From an uncultured Gemmatimonadales bacterium (GTDB lineage Bacteria > Gemmatimonadota > Gemmatimonadetes > Longimicrobiales > RSA9): a DNA stretch of 64,000 bases. The stretch is taken from the NCBI GenBank assembly GCA_963783305.1, contig CAWAMW010000002.1:608001-672000 (forward strand). Direction: 5' to 3'. Below the pieces are notes generated by a model that worked only from the letters and a program-made list of their open reading frames with translations, made no database searches and was not told the DNA's origin. The position numbers and the translations under genes were made by a program. Shown piece after piece: positions 27,288 to 36,968 of this stretch; positions within the stretch are counted from its first letter, which is position 1, and each line of letters opens with the position of its first letter.

Positions 27288-29679
27288 CGGACTCCACCCG
27301 GCTCGATCCCGTCCGTTCGTCGAAGCTACAGCGGATGACGTGGTCGAGTCCCTCGCGCACGCCCTCGATGTGGGTGATGAGGATGACCTGCTCGAACCGG
27401 CCCGTCAGGCCGTGGAGAAGCTGGATCACGTTGTCGCGGCGCTCCACGTCCAGCGAGCCGAAGACCTCGTCGAGGACGAGGACGTTCAGCGGGTGGCCGG
27501 CGCGCTCCGCGATCATCTGGCTGATGGCCAGGCGCAGCACCAGGTTCGCGATGTCCTCCTCGCCGCCACTGATCACCGGCTTCTCCTCCCCCTCGTCCAG
27601 CACCAGCACGTTGTAGCCCTCGTCGATCTCCAGCGCCGTGTACCGGCCGGCGGTGATCTCCGAGAGGAACCCGCTGGCGAGCTCGCTCAGCTCCGGACGG
27701 ACCCGCGCGTTGAGCTCTACGCGCAGGCTGTTGAACGCCGTGTCCAGCTCCGCGTTGTGGCGCCGCTCCGACTCCATCTCCGACAGCAGCCCCTTCTTCT
27801 CCAACAGCTCGGACTCCGCCTTTTCCGCCGCCGCCACCGCCTCCGTCGCCGCGTCCAGACGGCCCCGGACCTCGGTGAGGCGCAGCTCCGCCCGCCGCAC
27901 ACCGTCCGCAGCCCGCTCCTGCTCCGACTTCAGCTCCTGGAATCGGGACCGGTCGAATTCCAGCGACTCGAGCTCCTCCCGCACGCTGGAGCCTCGCGCG
28001 GTGGCCCCCTCGCGCCGCGCCGCGGCCTCCTGCCGCTCCGCCTCGAGGCGCTCCCGCCGCGCCACCGCTTCCTCGAGACGCGTCGCCTGCCGCTCTACGG
28101 AGCGCAGCCGATCCAGCCGCGCTTCGGCCTCCCGGTGCTTCGTCGCGTCGTAGCCGGTCGGGACCTCCGCCAGCTCCTTCTCCTGCGCCCCCATCTTCTC
28201 GCGCTTCGCCGCCACCTCACGGTCCAGGTCCTTCCGCTCCTCCACCGCCCGCTCGCTCCGGCTCAGCTTCTCCGCGCGGTTCTCCAGCGCCGCCTTCAAC
28301 CGGTCCCGGCGGTGCTCCGCCTCTGCGAGCGTCTGCGGCTTGGTCTCGAGCTGGCTCTCCCGCTTCTTGAGCCATTTCCCGTCCTGGACCAGGCTCTCCC
28401 ACTCGTCCTCCAGCGTCTGGACGACCTGCTCATAGTGGTCGTAGAGGGGCCGATCGCACGTGGGGCACGTGCCCTCCGGGCCCGCCTCCCGTAGCTGGTC
28501 CAACTGCTGCTGGAGCTCGGCCGTGCGGTCCTTGTAGGTCTGGAGCCGCGTCCAGACCTCCTGGCGACCCTGCTGCCAGGCGTCCCGCTCGGATTCCACC
28601 GCGGACTCCGCCTCCTGAAGCTCCCCCTTCAGGCCCTGGATCTCCGCCCTGAACCGCTCCGCGTACCCGGGCGCCTGGGCCAGCGTCTCCAGCCGCTTCT
28701 CCCCGGCGCCCACCTCCGACCGGAGCGACTCCACCGTCTCCGCCAGCACCTGCCGCCGCTCGTCCAGCCGCGCCAGCTCGCTCAGCCGCTCGCACTCCTC
28801 CACCAGGGCCGGGAGCGGCGCCAGCTCGTCCTTGAGCACAGTGAGCGTTCCGGCGGCCTTCGTCACCGCCTCCAGCTCTTCCTCTGCCCGCGTCACCGCC
28901 CGCGACGCGTCGCGGAACTCCTGCGCCGCCATCTCGCGCTCGTGCTCGAGCTCGCCCGCCCGCTCCTGCGACGCCTGCCCCGCTTCCCAGCGGGGCGTCA
29001 CTTCCGCCAGTGTCGACCGGGCCGACTCCAGCACCGACCGCGCGGCGTCCAGCGCCTTCTGCTCTTCCGCCCGTCGGCCGCGGGCGCCTTCGAGCTCCGC
29101 CCGGAGCGCCACGGGGTCGCTCATCCCGGCACGGAGCCCGTCGATCTCGTGCCGGAGGTCATTTCGGCGCGCCCGCGCCCGCTCCTGGGCGAGCCGAAGC
29201 CGCTCGTAGCCGAGCACCTGCGCCAGGAACCGGCCCCGCTCCGTGGGCCCCATCTGCGCCAGGAACTGCAGCTCCTTCTGGCCGGTGAAGTAGGTATTGA
29301 AGAACTCGTCCCGGGTCATCCCGAGGCGCTGCTGGAGGTAATCGGACGCGCCGCGGATCGTGGTTGCCACGGCTCGCTCGTCGCCATCCACGTAGACGTC
29401 CGCGCCGCTCAGCGTCCGGGCGACCCGGTAGTCGTGGCCGGCCAGGCCGAACTCCAGCTCGACGCGGACGGGGCTCCGGGGCTCCGCCCGGGCGAACCGG
29501 ATCGTCTCGTTGGTGCCCCGGGCCGCCGGCGCGCCGTAGATCGCCCACGCGATGGCCTCCAGGAGCGTGCTCTTTCCGGCGCCGTTCGGGCCGATGATCC
29601 CGGTGACGCCCGACCGCAGCTCGATCTCGGTATCGGCGTGCTGCCGGAAGTTGCGGAGGCGGAGACGGTCGAGCCTCAC
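27277..29679 (-). CDS. sbcC: SbcC/Rad50-like SMC ATPase
   Basis: GPNGAGKS, coiled coil, Zn hook CPTC, ISGGE, VLDEVFGSLD, LITH. Confidence 0.92.
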   Translation of the reverse strand: MRLDRLRLRNFRQHADTEIELRSGVTGIIGPNGAGKSTLLEAIAWAIYGAPAARGTNETIRFARAEPRSPVRVELEFGLAGHDYRVARTLSGADVYVDGDERAVATTIRGASDYLQQRLGMTRDEFFNTYFTGQKELQFLAQMGPTERGRFLAQVLGYERLRLAQERARARRNDLRHEIDGLRAGMSDPVALRAELEGARGRRAEEQKALDAARSVLESARSTLAEVTPRWEAGQASQERAGELEHEREMAAQEFRDASRAVTRAEEELEAVTKAAGTLTVLKDELAPLPALVEECERLSELARLDERRQVLAETVESLRSEVGAGEKRLETLAQAPGYAERFRAEIQGLKGELQEAESAVESERDAWQQGRQEVWTRLQTYKDRTAELQQQLDQLREAGPEGTCPTCDRPLYDHYEQVVQTLEDEWESLVQDGKWLKKRESQLETKPQTLAEAEHRRDRLKAALENRAEKLSRSERAVEERKDLDREVAAKREKMGAQEKELAEVPTGYDATKHREAEARLDRLRSVERQATRLEEAVARRERLEAERQEAAARREGATARGSSVREELESLEFDRSRFQELKSEQERAADGVRRAELRLTEVRGRLDAATEAVAAAEKAESELLEKKGLLSEMESERRHNAELDTAFNSLRVELNARVRPELSELASGFLSEITAGRYTALEIDEGYNVLVLDEGEEKPVISGGEEDIANLVLRLAISQMIAERAGHPLNVLVLDEVFGSLDVERRDNVIQLLHGLTGRFEQVILITHIEGVREGLDHVIRCSFDERTGSSRVESVSA

Positions 29680-30932
29680 TCGCCGCCCTCCTCTCCGTCC
29701 GCGTCCCCGCCCACCTCGAGGCCGAGCTCCAGCTCCGTGTCCCGCCAGTCCTCCGTGGCGGCCAGGTACGCGGCGCCAAGGGTCAGCAGCCGCTCCCGGT
29801 CCACCCCCGGCGTGGACGGCTCCCAGCCCGCCAGGAACAGCTCCACCTCCTCTTCCAGCGTGCGCCGCTGCGGCTCGTCGCTCGCCGCGCGCCGGCGCGT
29901 TTCCGGACGCCGCGCGTCCAGCTGGAAATGGAGCGCCTCGGCCTTCAGCGCGCGGATCTGCCCGTGGTCCAGCTCTCGGAAGAGCTCTCGGGGCATATCG
30001 GTGATGACCAGCCGCACCACCTTCCCATCCACCCCGCCCGGCAGCTCCGCCACCGCGCTCCGGATCCGCTCGTCGATCTCCTCGGCGGTCAGCCACTCGT
30101 CCACCACCGCGCCGCTCTCATCGGCGACCGGCCGACGAGCGCTGAAGCGGGGCAGGTCCACCACCTCCCGCGTCTTCACGTCCCGGAACTCGCCCGTCCG
30201 GGTCTCGGTGTCGTAGAGCACCCAACCCTTCCGCGTGTCGGCCTCCGCCCAGATGTTCGTGGCCGTGCGCTCGGTGGCGCCCGCGTACCAGAAGTTGGAC
30301 GCGATCCGCGTCGCGTTGTGGTAGTGGCCGAGCGCCACGTAGTCCCACGCCTCCTCATCGAGCGCTGAGCGCTCCAGGTGGGCGCCGCCATACTCCACCA
30401 TCCGGAGCAGCTGCTCGTCCACGCCCGTGCCGGAGACCGTACCATGGAGCATGAGCACGTTCGTGCCGGATTCCGGGTCCGGACGGAGGGCGGGCGGATC
30501 ATCGCCGACGAGCGCCGCGTGGGGCAGGCAGAAGACGGAGACATCGGGCTCCGTCAGGCGCACGGCGCGCGCCACGTCGTCCACCACGTGGATGTCCGGG
30601 ATCTCCGCAAGCAGTCTCAGGATGCTGCCCGCATCGATCGAGCGGGGAGAGTCGTGGTTGCCCGCGATCATCACCACCGGCACACCCGGGAGCCCCGCCC
30701 GGAGCCGCAGGAAGAGCCGGAACCCGTCCATGATGGCGCTGTTCGACGGCCGCACGGTGTGGAACACGTCCCCGGCCACCAGTACCAGGTCGGGGCGCAT
30801 CTCGATGACCTGCTCGATGGCGCGGCCGAGCGCCTCCGAGACGTCCCGCTCCCGCTGGTTCACTCCGCCCGGCGCCAGGCGGTGGTAGGCGCGGTACCCC
30901 AGGTGCAGGTCCGCGAGGTGCGCGATCAGCAC
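29676..30932 (-). CDS. sbcD: SbcD/Mre11-like nuclease
   Basis: ADLHLG, AGDVFH, GNHD, YVALGHYH. Confidence 0.92.
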   Translation of the reverse strand: MLIAHLADLHLGYRAYHRLAPGGVNQRERDVSEALGRAIEQVIEMRPDLVLVAGDVFHTVRPSNSAIMDGFRLFLRLRAGLPGVPVVMIAGNHDSPRSIDAGSILRLLAEIPDIHVVDDVARAVRLTEPDVSVFCLPHAALVGDDPPALRPDPESGTNVLMLHGTVSGTGVDEQLLRMVEYGGAHLERSALDEEAWDYVALGHYHNATRIASNFWYAGATERTATNIWAEADTRKGWVLYDTETRTGEFRDVKTREVVDLPRFSARRPVADESGAVVDEWLTAEEIDERIRSAVAELPGGVDGKVVRLVITDMPRELFRELDHGQIRALKAEALHFQLDARRPETRRRAASDEPQRRTLEEEVELFLAGWEPSTPGVDRERLLTLGAAYLAATEDWRDTELELGLEVGGDADGEEGGE

Positions 30933-30933
30933 G

Positions 30934-32247
30934 TCATACCCCGCGTCCCAGAACGCTCACGGTTTCCCCATTGATGCCGGACGCGGCGGGGCTCGACAGG
31001 TACAGCGCCACCTCCACGACCTCATCCACGGCCACCCAGTCCGACCGGTCGGCGTCGGGCATGGAGGCACGGTTCTGCGGGGTGTCCAGGAGACCGGGCG
31101 CAATGGCGTTCACCCGCACGCCCGTCCCCTTCTCCTCCTTCGCAAGCGCTCGCGTCAGCGCCACCACGGCGGATTTCCCGGCGCTGTACGCCGCCATCCG
31201 CGCCACTGCCCGCTCGCCCGCCGGGGACGCGAAGTTGACGATCGCTCCGCGGGACTCCCGCAGCAGCGGCAGCGCGGCCCGGCTCACCAGGAACGCTGTC
31301 GTGGCGTTGGCATCCAGCTCGCTCTCCCACTCCTCCGGTGAGGTCTCCGCCACCGGCTTCACCACGTGCAGCCCGCCCGCCACATTCACGAGCACATCCA
31401 AGCGGCCCCAACGGTCGCGGGCTGCGGCCACCGCCCTCGCGGCCCCATCGGCCGTGGCCAGATCGGCCGCGACCCCCACCACGTCGCTCCCCAGCGCGCG
31501 GGCACGCTCCTCGATCCCCGCGCTTCGTCCGACCACCACGACCCGCGCGTTCTGCGCCGCGAACCTCCGCGCGATGGCGTGACCCACCTGCCCCTCGGAC
31601 CCCACACCCGTCACCAGCACCACCCGCTCCGACATTGTCGCCTCCTCGGGGTCGCCCGGAATCCCCATTTCCAGTGACCCGGCCGTGGTGAGTATCAACG
31701 CCAGCCCCAGGAACACCGGGCCCGGCGGGAACGTCGGGACGAGCCACGCCCCCGCGAGCATGGCCCCGGCCGCCGCACCTGCCAGCGCCGGAACCACCAC
31801 ACCGGCCACACCGGCCGACCGGCCGAGTGCGCCAGCCGACGGGCCCTCCCTGCGTCTTACCCCCAGCCGTGCCAGCACAGCGCCGATCGCGTACGCCGGC
31901 TCCGCCAGCAGGAATACCATCGCCAGGGGGCCGCCCCACCGCGTGGTCTGCGCGGCCGGTGAGCGGAGCCAGAAGGTGGCCACGAAGGACGCGACTACGA
32001 GGGCGGCCACCGCGAACATCCACGGGCCGATCACCCGCAGGTGCCCCGGCGCCAGCCCCTTCGGTGTCCCCACCCAGAGACCCGCGGCCAGGGAGAGCAG
32101 CCCCAGAGCGATCAGCGACCCGACGGAGTCGAGGAGGCCACGGCCGCCGTACAGGAGGAGCGCGCTTGCGGAGAACGTGGACGCACCCAGCACGAGCCCG
32201 GCGATGCCCGCCACGAGGAGCTGCGACCCCTGACGCACTTTCCCCAC
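30934..32247 (-). CDS. Multi-TM membrane domain fused to SDR family oxidoreductase
   Basis: ~200 aa hydrophobic N-terminus; SDR from ATG at 31635 with TGVGSEGQVG, YSAGK, RVNAIAPG. Confidence 0.8.
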   Translation of the reverse strand: MGKVRQGSQLLVAGIAGLVLGASTFSASALLLYGGRGLLDSVGSLIALGLLSLAAGLWVGTPKGLAPGHLRVIGPWMFAVAALVVASFVATFWLRSPAAQTTRWGGPLAMVFLLAEPAYAIGAVLARLGVRRREGPSAGALGRSAGVAGVVVPALAGAAAGAMLAGAWLVPTFPPGPVFLGLALILTTAGSLEMGIPGDPEEATMSERVVLVTGVGSEGQVGHAIARRFAAQNARVVVVGRSAGIEERARALGSDVVGVAADLATADGAARAVAAARDRWGRLDVLVNVAGGLHVVKPVAETSPEEWESELDANATTAFLVSRAALPLLRESRGAIVNFASPAGERAVARMAAYSAGKSAVVALTRALAKEEKGTGVRVNAIAPGLLDTPQNRASMPDADRSDWVAVDEVVEVALYLSSPAASGINGETVSVLGRGV

Positions 32248-32249
32248 GG

Positions 32250-32756
32250 TCAGGGCGCCAGGCGGCCGTACCCGCCCCTGAAGTACAGCAGCGGTCCGCT
32301 GTCCCGGGCATCACCTGCCACCACCTCGCCCACGTAGATCAGGTGGTCACCGCCTTCGTACCGGTGCCGTACCCGGCAGTCCACCCATGCCAGGGCCGCC
32401 TCCAGCACGGGGGCACCCGTCGTCTCGCGGCGGTATGCCACGCCATCGAACTTCTCCTCCGTGGCGTACGTCGCGAACCGGCGGGCCAGCGCTTCCGCGT
32501 CTTCTCCGAGCACGTTGATTGCAAAGCTGCCTGACCGTTCAATGGCGCCGCGGGTGTCCGCTGCGCGATCGACGCACACGAGCACGAGGAGCGGGTCCAG
32601 CGAGACGGACGTTACGGCGCTGGCCGTCAACCCGTTCACGGGACCCTCGGGATCGAGGCTGGTGACCACGGTCACCCCGCTGGCGAGGTGACCCAGAATG
32701 CGGCGGTACTCCGCCGTGTCCATGGACGTGGAAGCCTCCTGCGCCTCTCCGCTCAT
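32250..32756 (-). CDS. Flavin reductase family protein
   Basis: SGVTVVT, TSVSLDP, GGDHLIYVGEV, PLLYFRGGY. Confidence 0.93.
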   Translation of the reverse strand: MSGEAQEASTSMDTAEYRRILGHLASGVTVVTSLDPEGPVNGLTASAVTSVSLDPLLVLVCVDRAADTRGAIERSGSFAINVLGEDAEALARRFATYATEEKFDGVAYRRETTGAPVLEAALAWVDCRVRHRYEGGDHLIYVGEVVAGDARDSGPLLYFRGGYGRLAP

Positions 32757-32806
32757 TGCGTCGGTGATTGGCGGTTCCTTACCTTCCGCGGGTGCATACG
32801 GTGACG

Positions 32807-33877
32807 ATGGGAACGACCTGGAAGCGGCGAGCGACAGTGGCCGGCCGCGCTGCGACTCTCCTGATGGTAATCGGTGTCGCAGCATGCGACAACGTGGAGT
32901 GGGGGGGTCTCGATGTCGCCGTCGTGCCCCCACCCCCAAAGGCCGGTCCCACCATCGGCGGGATCGAGGCCGGGGACGAGCTGCCCCAGGGCCCCATCCT
33001 CTACCACGTCATCCGCGACAGCCTCGAGACCACCATGATCCCGGTGGGCGAGATCGTCGATGACGGACTCAGGCCGATTCCCATCGCCGACGACCCCACC
33101 GCGTTCGGCGACCGCTTCATCACCGCCTTCCTCCGGGAGGGGGCCGAGTTCACGCTCTTCCACCATGGACGCAGAGCGGGCACGCTGATGGTGGACTCCG
33201 CGGCGGTCCCCACCGGGAGCTACTGCCGACCACTCCCACGGGCGACCGGCAGCATGGAGCTGAGCGGCGGCTCCGACGAAGCCATCGAGTTCCTCGCCAT
33301 GGCGCGTACCCAGGCGCCACAGGGGCAGACGCTCCCGGGCGGCGAGCTCTCCGTTGAGGGTCGCATGCAGATCGTCGGGAACATCCTCGCGGAGCGGGCG
33401 CTCCGTGCACGCTCCGCACAGCTCCCCAACTGGTCCCGTGCGCGCCGACAGCTCCAGCCGTTCCCGGTCTCGGAGACGCGCGACCTCGGCTTCACCGCCA
33501 CGTTCCTCGTGGACGATGAGCTGGCCGTGGGCAATGACGACCAGGGCTACTCCCTCTACATCGTCTATACGCCGCAGGCTCAGGCCGGCTACGACACCGC
33601 GTACGTCAGCTACACCAGCTACACCGCGGAGGGGAAGGCCGCTCCCCGCACCATCGACTTCCTGGACTGGGACCGGGATGGCAGCGTGGAGATCCTCCTG
33701 GAGGTGTTCGGCACCCGTAACAGCTGGTACGCCGCCGTCGGCCCCGATGGCGACGAGTGGTCCCGCACGTTCGAGGACCGCTGCGATGAGCGGGCCGAGC
33801 CCGTCATTCCGGACACGACCGCAACGGATACAGCGGCCGCCGCCCGCAGCACACCCGCCGACACCGGCGGACCCTGA
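32807..33877 (+). CDS. Hypothetical lipoprotein
   Basis: Lipobox-like GVAAC; Ca-binding-like DWDRDGSVE. Confidence 0.7.
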   Translation: MGTTWKRRATVAGRAATLLMVIGVAACDNVEWGGLDVAVVPPPPKAGPTIGGIEAGDELPQGPILYHVIRDSLETTMIPVGEIVDDGLRPIPIADDPTAFGDRFITAFLREGAEFTLFHHGRRAGTLMVDSAAVPTGSYCRPLPRATGSMELSGGSDEAIEFLAMARTQAPQGQTLPGGELSVEGRMQIVGNILAERALRARSAQLPNWSRARRQLQPFPVSETRDLGFTATFLVDDELAVGNDDQGYSLYIVYTPQAQAGYDTAYVSYTSYTAEGKAAPRTIDFLDWDRDGSVEILLEVFGTRNSWYAAVGPDGDEWSRTFEDRCDERAEPVIPDTTATDTAAAARSTPADTGGP

Positions 33878-33887
33878 CCCTCTCCGC

Positions 33888-33917
33888 TTGACCGCCCGGC
33901 GACTCCTGCCCTACGTT
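33888..33917 (+). promoter_or_regulatory. Sigma70-type promoter of btu operon
   Basis: TTGACC-18-TACGTT just upstream of the riboswitch. Confidence 0.65.
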
Positions 33918-33927
33918 CCAGGCACAT

Positions 33928-34090
33928 AACACGATCGGGGTCACCCGGAAGCCGGTGAGAATCCGGCGCGGCCCCGCCACTGTAAGAGGTCCGGACCCCG
34001 TGAGGTCCGGAAGGCCCGCTCAATACCACTGGGATCGTATCCCGGGAAGGCGAGCGATCGCCGCCTCGAGCCAGGAGACCGATCCCGTTC
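33928..34090 (+). ncRNA. Cobalamin riboswitch
   Basis: GGAAGCCGGTGAGAATCCGGCGCGGCCCCGCCACTGT, CCACTGGG...GGGAAGG, and B12 box GAGCCAGGAGACC; lies upstream of B12 uptake genes. Confidence 0.95.
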
Positions 34091-34192
34091 GTGCCCGATT
34101 CGATGACCCCTTCGAGGGAGGGGGAGTGGGGCGCGTTCCGGATCCAGCGATCCGTTTCATGGCCCGTTCCCCCGACTGAGGGAGACGGGCCC

Positions 34193-35176
34193 ATGTCATT
34201 ACCATCCATAGCGGAGGAGCAGGACGTTTCCAGCCGGCACCCGGCCGCGAGACATACCCAAGTCGTGCCCGCCCTCCTGGCGCTCCTCGCCGCCCTTCCC
34301 CACACCGCGTGCGAAGCCCCCGCTGATGACCACCCCCTGCACGCTACCGCTCCCGCCATAGCCGTCATCGACGCCACGGGGCGGGACGTGACGCTCGACG
34401 CGCCGGCCCGACGGGTCATCTCCATGGTGCCGGCGGTGACGGAATGGGTGATCGCCATGGGCGCCGCCGACCGGCTCGTGGCCCGGACCGACTTCGACCA
34501 CCACCCCACCATCGACACCCTGCCCTCCGTCGGTGGCGGTCTCACCCCGAGCGTGGAATGGCTCACCGCGCGCCGCCCCGACCTGGTGGTGGCGTGGCCG
34601 GACGCGCCCAGTCGGTCGCTCGTGGCCCGCCTCGAGCAGACGGGGATCGCGGTCTACACCGCACCGGTGGAATCTATCGAGGATGCGCTGCACGTCGCGG
34701 CGGACCTGGGCACCCTGCTCGGGGACGAGCCCGCCGCGGAGCGCGCCATTGCACGAGTTCGTGCCGGCCTCGATTCCGTCCGCGCGTCGATGGCAGGCCG
34801 CGAGCGGACCCGCGTCCTCTATCTGATCGGTCTCGACCCGCTCATGGCCGCGGGGCCGGACACGTTCGTGGACGAGCTGCTCGAGGCCGCCGGCGCGCGG
34901 AACGTCCTCGACGATCTGAGCACCCGCTGGCCGCAGCTGTCGCTCGAGGAAGTCGTGCGGCGAGCGCCAGACGTGGTGATCGTCGGCAGTGTGAGGGCCG
35001 GCGACCCGGCCACACTGCTCGCGGACCGCCCCGGTTGGCGGGAAGTGCCCGCGGTCCGGCGAGGGGCGGTCTACGCCGTCGACCCCGACGTGATGAACCG
35101 CCCCGGCCCCGAGATGGCCGCCGCTGCCCGCAGGCTTGCGCAGCTGATCCATTCCGGCGCACCGTCGGCGCAGTGA
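34193..35176 (+). CDS. btuF: Cobalamin ABC transporter substrate-binding protein
   Basis: RRVISMVPAVTE, PDLVVAW, VPAVRRGAVY, RPGP; follows B12 riboswitch. Confidence 0.85.
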   Translation: MSLPSIAEEQDVSSRHPAARHTQVVPALLALLAALPHTACEAPADDHPLHATAPAIAVIDATGRDVTLDAPARRVISMVPAVTEWVIAMGAADRLVARTDFDHHPTIDTLPSVGGGLTPSVEWLTARRPDLVVAWPDAPSRSLVARLEQTGIAVYTAPVESIEDALHVAADLGTLLGDEPAAERAIARVRAGLDSVRASMAGRERTRVLYLIGLDPLMAAGPDTFVDELLEAAGARNVLDDLSTRWPQLSLEEVVRRAPDVVIVGSVRAGDPATLLADRPGWREVPAVRRGAVYAVDPDVMNRPGPEMAAAARRLAQLIHSGAPSAQ

Positions 35177-36168
35177 CCTCGACGCCCGCCCTGGCCGCGA
35201 GGCTCCTGGGTCTGACGGTGCTCCTGGGACTCGCCCTGCTGCTGGCAATGGCCGTGGGCGCCGTGCCCGTGCCGCCCCACGAGATCCTGGCGGCCCTGGG
35301 CGGCACGGCCGACCCCACCGTACGGGCCATCGTCCTCGATCTCCGCCTCCCCCGCGCCGTGCTGGCCGCTCTCATCGGCGCCGCGCTCGCCGTGGCCGGC
35401 ACCGTCTTCCAGGCGCTGCTCCGGAACCCGCTGGCCGAGCCCTACATCCTCGGCGTTTCCGGCGGCGCCGCCGTGGCCGCGGTGGCCGTCATCGGCTTCG
35501 CCGGCGCGGTGGCCGCGTGGGCGCTGCCGCTGGCCGCCTTCCTCGGCGGGATCGGCGCCATCATCCTGGTCTTCCGGATCGCGGCGTCGGTGGGCAGCGC
35601 CCTCGACACGCGCGTCCTGCTCCTGGCCGGCGTCGTCGTGGGCGCTTTTTTCAACGCCGTCATCCTGCTCCTCCTCACGCTCGCCGACGTGGAGACGTTC
35701 CGGTCTGCCGTGTTCTGGATGATGGGCAGCCTGGCCTCGGCCACGTGGTCCTCGGTCCTGCTGCTGGCGGCCTATACGCTGCCGTCCCTCGCGCTCCTGC
35801 TGGCGCTCGCCCGCCCGCTCAACCTGATGGCGGTGGGCGAGGAGACGGCGCTGTACCTGGGCACGCCGGTGGAACGGGTAAAGCGCGTCGCGTACGTCGT
35901 GGCCTCGCTGCTGGTGGCCGGGGGGGTGGCCGTGGCGGGTGTGATCGGGTTCGTGGGGCTGATCGTGCCCCACGCGCTCCGGCTCGTCTGGGGCGGCGAC
36001 CACCGGTTCCTCCTGCCGGGGAGCGCACTTGCGGGGGCCACGTTCCTGCTGCTCGCGGACACCGCGGCGCGCACCATTGCCGCGCCCGTGGAGCTGCCGG
36101 TGGGTGTGGTCACCGCCCTGGTGGGGGTGCCGGTGTTCGTCGTCCTGCTGACCCGGAGGCGCTCGTGA
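35173..36168 (+). CDS. btuC: FecCD-family ABC permease
   Basis: LRLPRA, RNPLAEPYILGVSGGA, GVIGFVGLIVPH. Confidence 0.88.
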   Translation: MTSTPALAARLLGLTVLLGLALLLAMAVGAVPVPPHEILAALGGTADPTVRAIVLDLRLPRAVLAALIGAALAVAGTVFQALLRNPLAEPYILGVSGGAAVAAVAVIGFAGAVAAWALPLAAFLGGIGAIILVFRIAASVGSALDTRVLLLAGVVVGAFFNAVILLLLTLADVETFRSAVFWMMGSLASATWSSVLLLAAYTLPSLALLLALARPLNLMAVGEETALYLGTPVERVKRVAYVVASLLVAGGVAVAGVIGFVGLIVPHALRLVWGGDHRFLLPGSALAGATFLLLADTAARTIAAPVELPVGVVTALVGVPVFVVLLTRRRS

Positions 36169-36968
36169 GCTACGACGCCCGCGGCCTCACCTTCCGCTAC
36201 GACGACGCCGACCAGGACGCCATCCATCTCGTCGACCTCGAGGTGGGCCGGGGCGCCTTCTACGCCATCATCGGCCCCAACGGCTGCGGCAAGACGACAC
36301 TCCTGCGACTCCTGCTGGGCGCACTGCGGCCGGACGCCGGAGACGTGCGCTACGACGGCCGGGCCGTGGCCGACTGGAAGCGCCGGGACCTGGCGCGCCG
36401 GGTGGGCGTGGTGCCACAGAGCGAGGAGCTGGTGTTCCCGCTGACCGTCCGGGAGCTGGTGGCCATGGGTCGCTATCCCCACCTGGGCACCTGGCGCAGC
36501 GAGACTGCCAATGACCGCGCGGCCATCGGCCGGGCCATGGAGACCTGCGATGTCTCGGTCCTCGCGGGCCGCCCCGTGGGAACGCTGTCGGGCGGTGAGC
36601 GCCAGCGCGCCCGCGTGGCACGGGCCCTCGCGCAGGAACCCGACACCCTCGTCCTGGACGAACCCACGGCCTCCCTCGACATCAGCCACGAGATGGGGAT
36701 CTTCGATCTCCTCCGCGGCCTGGCCGACGATGGCGTCACGGTCATCATCGTCACCCACAACCTGAACATCGCCGCCCGCTACGCCGACCGGCTCCTCCTC
36801 CTGGCCGGCGGCCGCACCGCCGCCGAGGGCACGCCCGACACGGTACTCACGCCGGACACGCTCGAGTCCGTGTACCGCTGGCCCGTGGCGCGCCTGTCCC
36901 ATCCCGGCCCCGGCCCCGACGCCGGCGCACCACAGATCACCCCGCTCCGCACCGGAAGCTCGACATGA
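36165..36968 (+). CDS. btuD: ABC transporter ATP-binding protein
   Basis: GPNGCGKT, LSGGERQR, LDEPT. Confidence 0.88.
   Translation: MSYDARGLTFRYDDADQDAIHLVDLEVGRGAFYAIIGPNGCGKTTLLRLLLGALRPDAGDVRYDGRAVADWKRRDLARRVGVVPQSEELVFPLTVRELVAMGRYPHLGTWRSETANDRAAIGRAMETCDVSVLAGRPVGTLSGGERQRARVARALAQEPDTLVLDEPTASLDISHEMGIFDLLRGLADDGVTVIIVTHNLNIAARYADRLLLLAGGRTAAEGTPDTVLTPDTLESVYRWPVARLSHPGPGPDAGAPQITPLRTGSST

Noticed and set aside
27277..30932. SMC ATPase plus nuclease as a Wadjet/Lamassu-type defence system
   Set aside because: The Zn-hook CPTC and the Mre11-type phosphoesterase partner fit ordinary SbcCD; no kleisin/KITE or effector genes.
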